A stretch of DNA of 64,000 nucleotides, taken from NCBI GenBank assembly GCA_963823665.1, contig CAWGMQ010000006.1, forward strand, positions 1,472,001-1,536,000, given 5' to 3'. This DNA comes from an uncultured Planctomycetota bacterium. Lineage in GTDB: Bacteria; Planctomycetota; Planctomycetia; Isosphaerales; Isosphaeraceae. The stretch's first letter is position 1, and each line of letters opens with the position of its first letter. Both the position numbers and the translations under genes were made by a program. The notes beneath the pieces were generated by a model. It was not told the DNA's origin. It made no database searches and worked only from the letters and a program-made list of their open reading frames with translations. Positions 19,627 to 28,536 of this stretch are shown here, in pieces.

Positions 19627-22531
19627 TTTTGCGAAAGCCTGCGTGTTCACGTATGGGTTTCAGGAATTCGTCGGCTTCTAGACGATTCGGGTGGCGCAGC
19701 CCTGCGCTTAAGGCTTTTTCAAGCACGGCCACGGCCCGATCTGCCAGACGCTGCCGCAGCGATGGAAGGCCGTCGGATTCACTGGTCGGCCCTCCGAATC
19801 CTTGATCGATCCGCCCGGCGCACCACGCGGTGCAGCGGGCAAGCTGGTAGAGGTGACCGGGATCGCGACCATCCATCCCGCAGAGGGCAGCGGCCGTCCT
19901 TGAAAAATCACTGGTGCGGCCGCCGGAGGCGAGCAGGCCGGCGTGGATGCGCAGAGCGCGATACACGGCCGGCGGCTTGCCCTCGCTTAACGCTTTCAAG
20001 TCACCCGGTATCGCCGCGATTGCCTCGCACATCGCCACTTCCTGCTGAAAGCTCGGAAGGAGCTGAGTCCGATCGCGGGGCCGCCACTCGAGCGTTCCTT
20101 CGCGGTCGAGGGCATCGAGACCTTGCAGGGCTTGCCGGAGCAGAGCCATCGCGGCGCGTATGTCTAGCCGGTCCATCGCCACGCAGCCCGCGTGGAATTG
20201 CGTCTGGTGAAGTCGTAGTCGATTGTCGATATCCTCAGGGTCAGCCCGGACGAGCTGCTCGAAGAGCTGCTGGGCCTGGCGCTCCAGCGGAGCGGCGTCC
20301 TCGAGCAGGCCGAGCCTTGACAAGGTCATCCCCTGGTCGTCGAGTGCCAGTGCCAGATGCAGCTTCACGTCGGCGTTCGTTGGCTCTGCCAGGAGCAGCT
20401 CCCGGCTCAAGTCAACGGCCTTCACGTACTCGGCCCGGGCCCCCACGTCATCGCCTGCGAGCTTCCGCATATCGGCGATCTTGCGGTGGCTGGTCGAAAG
20501 TTGGTCTCGCGCCAGCACGTTCGCGGGCTCCCTGGCAATCCAGCTCTCGGCGAGAGTTTCCATCTTGCGGAACCACGCCTCGCCGGAATCCAGGTCGCGG
20601 TCAAAACCGTAGGCGCGGCCGAGCCGGAAGTAAGCCTCCAGGAGCGAGGCTCGCGCCTGCGCCTGGTCTGGGTTGTCCATGGCCGACTTCTCGGCCAGCA
20701 GGACGGCCTGGCGGAAGTGTTCGACGGCTCCCTTGGTTCGATCGGCGTTCAGGGAAAGCTCGCCCAGCCCGGCATGTGCGCGCGCCAGGCAGTCCCTGAT
20801 CTCCGGGTCGTGCGGCCTGCCGGAAGCAAGGCGTTCCGCGAGCTGCTGCGCGAATGCAAATTGCCGATGCGCATCTTCGTTTCGGCCGACCTGGCGGAAG
20901 ATGTCTCCGAGCTTCTGGTGCGCCACCGCGCGGCCCACGTCGGGGGCCGATGCCTCGGCATCGCGCGCGACCTGCTCGAGGCCCTCGAGCGCTTTTTCGA
21001 GCAGCCCTTTTCGCGTCGCGCGGGTTGCCGGTGTCTTGCCCAATCGGTCTTGCACCCCGAAGACCAGCTCGTTGAGCGCGTTCATGGTCAAGTTGCGCTC
21101 TCTGAGCGCTGTCTTCTCAGCGGCTTGAGCCTTCTTCACCGAATCCCGCAGCAGGGCGTTGTAGTACAGCGACCCGCCGATCAGCACGAGAACGGCCGCT
21201 GCGGTCACGAGCAAGGCCATCGATAATGCCGGCCGCCGCCGTGCTCGCTTCCACAACAGCAGCCAGATCGGCGGGTCCTGGGCCAGGATCGGCTCGCCGT
21301 CGAGAAATCGGCGCAGGTCTTCGGCCAGCTCGAGCGCCGTGGCGTACCGCCGCGCCGGCTGCTTCTCGAGACATTTCAGACAGATCGTCTCGATCTCGCC
21401 CGGCAGCCCGGGCTGGATTCGCGACGGCGGCACCGGATCGGCACTCTTGACGTGCGCCAGCGTTTCAAAGGCCGTTGCCGCCCGGAACGGCGGGCGCCCG
21501 GTCAGTAGCTCGTAGAGAATCGCTCCCAGCGCGTAGACGTCCGTCCTGGGCCCGATCTTGCTCGAATCACCCTCGGCCTGTTCGGGCGCCATGTAGCTCG
21601 GTGAGCCGAGCACCGCACTCGTCTTCGTGAGCCCCCCCTCCGAGCCCAGGATCTTGGCGAGCCCGAAATCGGCGACCTTGGGCCGTTCGTTCTGATCCAG
21701 CAGCACGTTCGCCGGCTTCAGGTCCCTATGTACAATCCCGAGCTGATGCGCTTCCGCGATGGCGCGCGCCGTGACCTCGACCAGCAGCGCGCCCCAGGCT
21801 GGCGGTTTTGGCGATCCGTTCAAGCGCTGGTCGAGGCCTCCACCGGCCAGATATTCCAGCTCGAGAAACGGCAATCCCTCCACCTCCCCGACGTGGTAGA
21901 TCTGAACGATGTCCGGATGCCTGAGCCGGGCGATCGCTTCGGCCTCTGCTCGAAACCTTGCCTGCGCGACGGTGCTCGCGTGCGCGCCGGCCAGGATCAT
22001 CTTCAAGGCACACAGCCGGTTGAGCGCAACCTTTCGCGCCAGATAGACCACACCCATGCCGCCGCGGCCCAGCTCACCCAGGACTTCGTAACCCGCCGAT
22101 CGCAGCCCCTTGATCACGACCGCGTTCAGCTCAGCCGGCGCCAGACCTTCGCCGACCTTGTCGAATCTCTTGCCGTTTCCGCCGGAGACTTGACCGATGC
22201 GCAAGCGGTTTCCCAACGAGCCTGACGTCCGGCCGTTCTCGGTGAGCGACGCGAAGGTTTCGTTGATGGCTTCGAGATGCGCCGGGAATCGCTCGCGGTA
22301 TTCCGGCGCTTCCGGCCGCTCGCCCTGCGTGCGGCGCGATTCCAGATCGATCGCCAGCAGCTCGCGAAAGAGACGATCGCGCCCGGGGCCTCCAATCCCG
22401 GCGAGGAACGTGGAAGGGTCGGGGCGCTCGCCGTTGGCCCACGCGGTCTCGAACTGGCTGCAAAGGGAGTCGATCCGCTTCCATTCCTCCAGCGGCAAAC
22501 CCCCGTCGTCGTCCACGGCACGAACGGTCAT
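19535..22531 (-). CDS. Ser/Thr protein kinase with TM and TPR-like C-terminus
   Basis: GRGGMGVVY, HRDLKPAN, DFGLAK, GSPSYMAPEQ; ATGA overlap with the upstream ECF. Confidence 0.95.
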   Translation of the reverse strand: MTVRAVDDDGGLPLEEWKRIDSLCSQFETAWANGERPDPSTFLAGIGGPGRDRLFRELLAIDLESRRTQGERPEAPEYRERFPAHLEAINETFASLTENGRTSGSLGNRLRIGQVSGGNGKRFDKVGEGLAPAELNAVVIKGLRSAGYEVLGELGRGGMGVVYLARKVALNRLCALKMILAGAHASTVAQARFRAEAEAIARLRHPDIVQIYHVGEVEGLPFLELEYLAGGGLDQRLNGSPKPPAWGALLVEVTARAIAEAHQLGIVHRDLKPANVLLDQNERPKVADFGLAKILGSEGGLTKTSAVLGSPSYMAPEQAEGDSSKIGPRTDVYALGAILYELLTGRPPFRAATAFETLAHVKSADPVPPSRIQPGLPGEIETICLKCLEKQPARRYATALELAEDLRRFLDGEPILAQDPPIWLLLWKRARRRPALSMALLVTAAAVLVLIGGSLYYNALLRDSVKKAQAAEKTALRERNLTMNALNELVFGVQDRLGKTPATRATRKGLLEKALEGLEQVARDAEASAPDVGRAVAHQKLGDIFRQVGRNEDAHRQFAFAQQLAERLASGRPHDPEIRDCLARAHAGLGELSLNADRTKGAVEHFRQAVLLAEKSAMDNPDQAQARASLLEAYFRLGRAYGFDRDLDSGEAWFRKMETLAESWIAREPANVLARDQLSTSHRKIADMRKLAGDDVGARAEYVKAVDLSRELLLAEPTNADVKLHLALALDDQGMTLSRLGLLEDAAPLERQAQQLFEQLVRADPEDIDNRLRLHQTQFHAGCVAMDRLDIRAAMALLRQALQGLDALDREGTLEWRPRDRTQLLPSFQQEVAMCEAIAAIPGDLKALSEGKPPAVYRALRIHAGLLASGGRTSDFSRTAAALCGMDGRDPGHLYQLARCTAWCAGRIDQGFGGPTSESDGLPSLRQRLADRAVAVLEKALSAGLRHPNRLEADEFLKPIREHAGFRKISESARTAHSGSGTSPNRDGRSATTQTQKP

Positions 22532-23133
22532 GGGGAAAGCTCTTCCTGCCAGATAAGCCGGATGAGGATCAGCTTGCGATCGACCGTGCGGACCGACGTG
22601 CCAAGCTCCGCGGCGACTTCTTCACGGCTGTGGCCCTCGAGCCTCCGCAGGGCAACCGTTTTGAGTGTGGCATCCTCCAGCTTGTTCAGCAGACGCTCGT
22701 AGTCCTCGGCGAACTGCGCGGCGACTTCGGGTGTCGGCTCACTCGAGAGCACTCGCGTCATCCCCGCGTCAATCTCGTCGTCACCGGCCAGTGCCGACTG
22801 GCTCATCACCGCGCCTCCGCCTCGCTTCAGCCGCGACTGGTGCCGCACGGTCTCGGCAACCTTGCGGACGGTGATGGTGACCAAAATGCGCCAGAGGTCA
22901 TCACGATCCACGAGCTGCGGAAACTGCCCGCGTCCCACCCGATCGCAGAAGCTATGGAACGCGGAAAGCGCGACATCCTCCTCATCCGTCACGCGCCGGG
23001 CATGCCCGGGCAGCCGCGCACTGGCCAGGTTCACCAGCCGCTGGAAGTATCTATCCCACAATCGCTGGACATCTGCGTCATTCCCTTCACGCAGCCCGTC
23101 GAGCCACCGCGAAACCGAGTTCTCACCCGCCAT
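22528..23133 (-). CDS. ECF-type sigma factor (Sigma70_ECF-like), kinase-associated
   Basis: SVSRWLDGLREG..QRLWDRYFQRLV, DEEDVALSAF, GTSVRTVDRKL. Start at MAGENS. Confidence 0.9.
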   Translation of the reverse strand: MAGENSVSRWLDGLREGNDADVQRLWDRYFQRLVNLASARLPGHARRVTDEEDVALSAFHSFCDRVGRGQFPQLVDRDDLWRILVTITVRKVAETVRHQSRLKRGGGAVMSQSALAGDDEIDAGMTRVLSSEPTPEVAAQFAEDYERLLNKLEDATLKTVALRRLEGHSREEVAAELGTSVRTVDRKLILIRLIWQEELSP

Positions 23134-23170
23134 CTGGGTGCTCCAATGGGAGTTCTCATGACGAATTCGT

Positions 23171-23201
23171 CTATCATAGATGCCGTTCTCTGACATGTCA
23201 C
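23171..23201 (-). promoter_or_regulatory. Putative sigma70 promoter of the ECF-kinase operon
   Basis: GTGACA-N17-TATGAT on the minus strand; near copy at 25458-25488. Confidence 0.6.
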
Positions 23202-23279
23202 GGGCCGAGCCACGGTTCTGGGTGCGGATGTTCCCTCCGCCCCCGCACTCAGCATTAGCTGCAGCCATCCACCAGCGGC

Positions 23280-25382
23280 TTACCCGATCACGCAGTCCGG
23301 GCAGAGATAGGCCAGACTTCCGAAATTGTCACTCGGTGGTGCAACTTTGATTTGCGAGAACGGGGTCGGTACTGCGCACTGGGTACATTCGATTTCCAGG
23401 GTTGGGAGCCGCAAATGCATTCCCAGACCCGCGGGGAGAATCGCCGCGACTCCGGATTGCTCCCGTAGTCCTTTCACAAGCGCGATGCGCAAATCGGTGA
23501 AACCCGCCCAAAATTCCCCGATCAGCGCCAGCTTCGGTTTGCACTCAGTCAACAGGCGTGCCGTGCCGCGATAACCCAGGTGCACGTCCTTGAGCTTCGA
23601 CGCATCCTGCAGCTCCTCGATGCTGGGCTGGCTGATGTGCGCGATCAGCACATCGCAGCCACTCAGGTGCTTGTGCAGGTCTTCGAAGTAGGCTGTGTCC
23701 GCGGTGTAGCCGATTCGCACGGCGGCGTTGCCTTTTTCATCGAGCAACTCGACGACCATACCCATCGCGTGCGGTACGTCGTTGCCGTGCATTACCTTGA
23801 AGGGAGTGATGCACAATGGAATCCCTGAAGGGTGGCCCAGCAGGTTGATCGGATGTGGGAAACCGGAACTCAAAACGATCGGCTCATACTGGTGGGCCGG
23901 CTTGCCAAATCCAAAATCCGTTGCCCCATTCGTATCTTGATCCCAGAGGAGGACATAAGGCTGACCGCCTGGTTCCTTGGTCTGCTTCAGTCTTTTCCAG
24001 AGCTCGTAACGGAGGTCGTCGATCGGCTTCACGTCGCTATTGTGATCGGGATGATTGTGGCTCACGACAACCGCGCGGATTTCGCGGCCATGGTACTGGG
24101 CGTCATGGAAGTTGCGCAGAAAATCAAAGCCAGGATCGATCACGATCCCATGACCGCGCCATTTGAGGAAATAGCCTCCACCGCGCCATCGCCTCTCGGA
24201 TCCTTCGAGCAGCGTCACTGCGCTGCTCCATCCGCGAAGGATGCTCAGCGTATCCACGCGCGGAGAGTTGGGCCTGGCAAGATACTTCTCGTACTGGGTA
24301 TCGCCGGCGTTTCGGATCGCCGCGATGACCTGGTTCTCAATCTCCTCTGTCGCCGAGACGGAAATGTCGCGTGCGGCCATGGCGCGATCATCTGGCGACA
24401 GTGCTTCCGTTTTAATCTGGGAGTTCAGAAGCACTAACTCAAATCGAGCCCGGGCGTGGTCGCCACCCTGGGGATCGGGAATCTTGAGCGATTCCTCGAA
24501 TGCGTTCGCCGCGAGCTCCTTGTTTCCGATTTCGGTATAAGATTGGCCGAGATTAACCCATGCTCTTGCTAGCTCGTCAAACTTGGGGTCGTCAATGGCC
24601 TTGCGGTAGGCCTCAATGGCTTGTTCGTGCTCGCCCTTCGCGGCGAGCGCGACACCCAGGCTGTTCCATACGCGCCCGGGCGCGACGTCTCTCGGGAGTT
24701 CAAGCGCTTTGCGATAAGCTGCGATCGCTTCATCGTCGTCGCCCTTGTCGGCAAGGGCAATGCCAAGGTTGTACCAAGCGTCTCCAGGGGTTTCGAGATT
24801 CGGCTCCGCGAGCGCCTTGCGATAGGCCGCAACGGCTTCGTCCTGCTCGCCGCTATCGGCCAGCACGATGCCGAGGTTATACCAGGCGATGCCACGCCGG
24901 TCGTATTCCGGGTCCGCGAGCGCCTTGCGATAGGCCTCGATCGCCTCATTGTACTCGCCCTTGGCGTAAAGGGCCGTGCCAAGGATGTCCCACACGTATC
25001 CGGAAGTATCGAAGTCAGGGTCTTCAAGAGTCTGGAGATATTCTTTGATCGCTTCATCGCACTTGCCGTTCTCGAAGAGCGCATCGCCTCGGACGAGGTG
25101 AAAAAGCGCGTGCCAGCGACGCGGGACTGACTTCTCACACGCCGCGAGTACCATCAGAGCGTCATCACTCCGACCGGCGAAACTCAGAATGCTTGCTTCG
25201 AGAAGAGACTTGGCCCATGGCCACCCCTTCGCGCTGGCAAATGTGAACGCGGATTTCAGTCCCGGCTTGCTGGCATTAGCATCTTTTCCGAGTCCACGGG
25301 CCGCATTTCGGGCTTGCCAGAAAAGCGCTAAGAACCTGGCTTCGATGTCTGGCGCCCTTGATTTGGATCGCTTTGCGGCCAT
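23280..25382 (-). CDS. TPR-repeat + metallo-beta-lactamase-fold hydrolase with C-terminal Zn-ribbon
   Basis: Six TPR-like repeats (36-aa period); IVIDPG, SHNHPDH, VMHG, YTADT, DVHLG; terminal CTQC...CPDC. Confidence 0.88.
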   Translation of the reverse strand: MAAKRSKSRAPDIEARFLALFWQARNAARGLGKDANASKPGLKSAFTFASAKGWPWAKSLLEASILSFAGRSDDALMVLAACEKSVPRRWHALFHLVRGDALFENGKCDEAIKEYLQTLEDPDFDTSGYVWDILGTALYAKGEYNEAIEAYRKALADPEYDRRGIAWYNLGIVLADSGEQDEAVAAYRKALAEPNLETPGDAWYNLGIALADKGDDDEAIAAYRKALELPRDVAPGRVWNSLGVALAAKGEHEQAIEAYRKAIDDPKFDELARAWVNLGQSYTEIGNKELAANAFEESLKIPDPQGGDHARARFELVLLNSQIKTEALSPDDRAMAARDISVSATEEIENQVIAAIRNAGDTQYEKYLARPNSPRVDTLSILRGWSSAVTLLEGSERRWRGGGYFLKWRGHGIVIDPGFDFLRNFHDAQYHGREIRAVVVSHNHPDHNSDVKPIDDLRYELWKRLKQTKEPGGQPYVLLWDQDTNGATDFGFGKPAHQYEPIVLSSGFPHPINLLGHPSGIPLCITPFKVMHGNDVPHAMGMVVELLDEKGNAAVRIGYTADTAYFEDLHKHLSGCDVLIAHISQPSIEELQDASKLKDVHLGYRGTARLLTECKPKLALIGEFWAGFTDLRIALVKGLREQSGVAAILPAGLGMHLRLPTLEIECTQCAVPTPFSQIKVAPPSDNFGSLAYLCPDCVIG

Positions 25383-25398
25383 TGGTCAACTCGCGGCA

Positions 25399-25456
25399 GT
25401 CGGCTCCCTCGCGAGCACTCGCGTCATGCTCGCGTCGATTTCGTCGTCGCCCGCCA
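25399..25456 (-). pseudogene. Internal fragment of a second copy of the 22528 ECF gene
   Basis: 50/58 nt identical to 22733-22790; reads AGDDEIDASMTRVLAREPT vs AGDDEIDAGMTRVLSSEPT. Confidence 0.85.
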
Positions 25457-25457
25457 C

Positions 25458-25488
25458 CTATGATAGAACGCTCGCCACGTCATGTCAC
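25458..25488 (-). promoter_or_regulatory. Putative sigma70 promoter for the TPR-MBL gene (copy of the ECF promoter)
   Basis: GTGACATG-N14-CTATCATAG vs GTGACATG-N14-CTATGATAG at 23171-23201. Confidence 0.6.
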
Positions 25489-25658
25489 TCACCGACCCGG
25501 GCTAACTGAGCGAGCCTGGCGGCAGAATCGGCCACCCCATGACAGAGAGCAATGGGCCCAGGCCGCTTTCCGCGATGCGGCCACGCCAGTGGCTCTACCG
25601 AATTCGCCATTGCAGGCCGTCTGCGTTCCGATTCATAATCCGCTGAAGTGGCACGCCC

Positions 25659-26063
25659 ATGCGATTGAAGCTGCGAACGGCCGTCGTCGGGCTTGCGGTG
25701 GTTACGATTATGTTCCGGCCCGTCGAGCTCGCCCGGCGCTCGAGCGCTTACCATCATAGAGCGCGGCAGCACTGGTACGCGCTGGAAACAGACGAAGGCC
25801 GAGAATGCACTTGCATGAACCCTTTGTTTGAGTGGTGCCGGCTGAACAACTCGAGCGCGAACTGTGATTTCTCACTTTCGCTGGACGAGGAATTCACCGC
25901 CTGCCTTCGCTGGCAACGAGGATCAACCCCGTCGATCTACCTCAAGCCGCTCGATCCCGACAAGCCCGTCCGCCTGCAATATCACCACCGCATGTACCAC
26001 AAATGGAAGCGCGCCGCAGCACGCCCGTGGTGGTCCGTCGAGCCCGACCAAACTCCAGAGTAG
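25659..26063 (+). CDS. Small membrane-anchored hypothetical protein (planctomycete-type, ..RAAARPW..VEPD C-terminus)
   Basis: MRLKLRTAVVGLAVV anchor; YHHRMYHKWKRAAARPWWSVEPD. Confidence 0.7.
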   Translation: MRLKLRTAVVGLAVVTIMFRPVELARRSSAYHHRARQHWYALETDEGRECTCMNPLFEWCRLNNSSANCDFSLSLDEEFTACLRWQRGSTPSIYLKPLDPDKPVRLQYHHRMYHKWKRAAARPWWSVEPDQTPE

Positions 26064-26110
26064 GTCAGGCTTTCAGCCTGGCGCATTGAGCAGGTCAGGC
26101 TTTCAGCCCG
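26058..26110. repeat. Two direct REP-like repeats (30-bp period)
   Basis: GAGTAGGTCAGGCTTTCAGCCTG and GAGCAGGTCAGGCTTTCAGCCCG, hairpin CAGGC-TTTCA-GCCTG, between convergent genes. Confidence 0.7.
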
Positions 26111-26151
26111 TCGCCCGATGCGCGGCCGCCGTTCGACGGCTCGCACAACTA

Positions 26152-26646
26152 TCAAACCCCCTCCCGACACCAGTAAATCAAGTCCGTGACCGCTGGCGTG
26201 CCACCGGTGGCGCGAACCAGCATCGCGATTTGGCCGCGATGATACGACGAGTGCCCGAATAACTGGGCCAGAACCTCCTCGACCCGGTTCCGGAACCGGC
26301 CCGCGTCCAGGCTCTGGTACTCGAATTCCCTGTCCAGCGCCGCGTCATCCAGAGTCGCGAGATAATCCGACCACAACGCCTGCACATCCCGCCATTCCGC
26401 GGCGACTCGGGCGACGTCCGGATCATCGGGAAACATCGCCCCAGCCGCGGCCGGTACGACCCCCAGCCGCGAAAGCCAGTTCCGCCGCGCGGCGACGATA
26501 TGCGCCATCAGGCTGACAGCCCGCCGGAACTCGGGACTGGTCCTTCCTGCCGGTGGCACCGTCTCGAACGACGAAAACACCTTTGCGTGGGCATCTTTCT
26601 CATACTCGAACCAGCGACGGAAGCGGTTGATGAGTTCTGCGGCCAC
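26152..26646 (-). CDS. DinB family protein
   Basis: MAHIVAA..WLSRL, HSSYHRGQI. Confidence 0.88.
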   Translation of the reverse strand: MAAELINRFRRWFEYEKDAHAKVFSSFETVPPAGRTSPEFRRAVSLMAHIVAARRNWLSRLGVVPAAAGAMFPDDPDVARVAAEWRDVQALWSDYLATLDDAALDREFEYQSLDAGRFRNRVEEVLAQLFGHSSYHRGQIAMLVRATGGTPAVTDLIYWCREGV

Positions 26647-26676
26647 GATTGATCTCCAGTGAGGCGATCGACGAAT

Positions 26677-27729
26677 TCACTCGACGACATCCACAACCTT
26701 CCCATCGCGATCCGTGATCTCGGTCCGCAGCACTTGCAAAACCAGGTTCTTCACCCCCGGCACGGGGTGCAACCCGGCATGAGGCCGAAGCGATTTCGCC
26801 AGCGCGACGGCATCCTCATCTCGCAACGTGATGATCAGGGCCTCTTCGACATGCTTCAACCCGGGCTCGTTGCCGGGCTTGAACACGACCGTCGCATCCG
26901 GGCCGTTCAGCGTGAGCTCGCGGCCGAACGGCAGCCGGCCCAGCAGCCGCCGGGAGAGGCCCTCCACCGCGATCGATTGCACTCGCACGTACACTGGTTT
27001 GCTTTGCGCGTCGCACTCGAGCACCAGGTTCAGCCAGCCGCACGACGAGCCTTCCTCCACCGTTCGCTGTGCGACGGCTTGCGCAAAAGCCGGGTCCGAT
27101 AGCCACGAAGCTCGCGAAAGGTCGGTGAGCAGCAACCGTTCGTCACGAGCACGAAGGTCCAGGAACGCCTCGGCATTCCACGATGAGATTGCCTCCAGCT
27201 CGTTCATCGTCAGGCCGACGATCTGCAAGAATTCGACGCGCCCATTGGGTGTCTCGATCGGCGGCAACTGCGGGTCCAGAGCGAAGCTGATCGCATGAAT
27301 GAGCGTCGAAGATTCCGCCTCGATCGGGCCGTTCAACGGCAATGTATGGCCCACGCCGAACGGGTTGCGCGTCTCGAATACGTACCGCCCCACGTTTTGC
27401 AGGAAGTTGAGCGCCCAGTTCGGCGGTCGCTTGGCCGTGGCCGTGCACGTGGGGCGAAACGTGAGCTCGAAGCCGAAGCCGCTGACCTCGGGGTCACTCC
27501 ATTCCTTGGCCCAGAGCTCGCTGAATCCATACGTGACGAAGTGCCAGTGCGGCACCGGCTCCAGATTCTTGTAGACACTGATGCCGTGGATCGGATCGGG
27601 CCCGCCGAGCGCATAAGGAACGACCGTGCCGACATGGAGCGGCTCGCGATCACCGTAGATCGGCTCGAGCGCCCTATCGATCGCGTCCCAGCCGGGGGCG
27701 TTGTGAGTGTTCTCAGCCTCGTCGGTCAT
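26677..27729 (-). CDS. Suppressor-of-fused (SUFU) domain protein with C-terminal extension
   Basis: GWDAID, GGPDP, HWHFVTYGFSEL, SGFGFELTFR, LQNVGRYVF, TPNGRVEFLQIVG. Confidence 0.9.
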   Translation of the reverse strand: MTDEAENTHNAPGWDAIDRALEPIYGDREPLHVGTVVPYALGGPDPIHGISVYKNLEPVPHWHFVTYGFSELWAKEWSDPEVSGFGFELTFRPTCTATAKRPPNWALNFLQNVGRYVFETRNPFGVGHTLPLNGPIEAESSTLIHAISFALDPQLPPIETPNGRVEFLQIVGLTMNELEAISSWNAEAFLDLRARDERLLLTDLSRASWLSDPAFAQAVAQRTVEEGSSCGWLNLVLECDAQSKPVYVRVQSIAVEGLSRRLLGRLPFGRELTLNGPDATVVFKPGNEPGLKHVEEALIITLRDEDAVALAKSLRPHAGLHPVPGVKNLVLQVLRTEITDRDGKVVDVVE

Positions 27730-27746
27730 GACATGTCCGCCGTCGA

Positions 27747-28277
27747 CTAACCCTCCTGCCCCACCAGCCAGAGCGGGCAGTCGCGGCGCATTGCTTCATT
27801 CGCGGCCAGGGCTACTCGGGCGAAGGTCATCACCTCCGGCGGCTCGGCCACCGGGCCGTCGTCCGGGTCTGTGGCCACGCGCAAGAGCTCGTGCAGGCCG
27901 TCGTCGTCGACTGGCAGCTCCCAGGCCTCGGCGAGGTCGGCCAGCTCGTGACGAAGGCCCAGCAAGCTGGCGCACCTCAGTGTTCCGCCCGCGGAGAGCG
28001 GAAACGAGATTGCTTGAAGCTGTGCGGGCAAATACACGCCCCGCCCGTCGAGCCCGAGCGCGGTCAGGTTGGGAATGGCCTCGCCTCCGAGTGTTTCGAT
28101 CGCCCGGCGCTGGAGCTCTGACCAGCCCGAATCCGCTTGCTCCCCATAGTGGAGAGGCGGCGAGCCCTCCCATTCGCCCTCGGCGCCGAATGCATTGTCG
28201 AGAACATCGGCGACTTCGTCAGCGAAGCTTCCATCAAATGTGCCGCGAGCGCCCCCAACCGTGAATGTAAGAACCAT
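27747..28277 (-). CDS. Acidic hypothetical protein
   Basis: ORF with GC3-rich codons, co-oriented and closely spaced with the SUFU and DinB genes. Confidence 0.7.
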   Translation of the reverse strand: MVLTFTVGGARGTFDGSFADEVADVLDNAFGAEGEWEGSPPLHYGEQADSGWSELQRRAIETLGGEAIPNLTALGLDGRGVYLPAQLQAISFPLSAGGTLRCASLLGLRHELADLAEAWELPVDDDGLHELLRVATDPDDGPVAEPPEVMTFARVALAANEAMRRDCPLWLVGQEG

Positions 28278-28536
28278 GACGCGCCCCTGTTCCAAAGGGA
28301 TAGAGAAACCCTTGCACGAAAGGTTTTCGAGGCGCCCGCCCTGGCTGCAAACCCGCCGGAGCTCCCCGGCCTCCTCCTGGCGATCCGTTCGACATGGCCC
28401 TAGGAACTGATCGTGAGGGAACGTATCCTGGTTTCCGCTTCAAACGACGCTTCGCTCCCGCCCGCGGTTAGTTCCAGCGCTAAGAGTCTGTTCCCAACGA
28501 TGCCTTCCTGTCAAGCGGCTTGTGCTGTTGAAAGGT

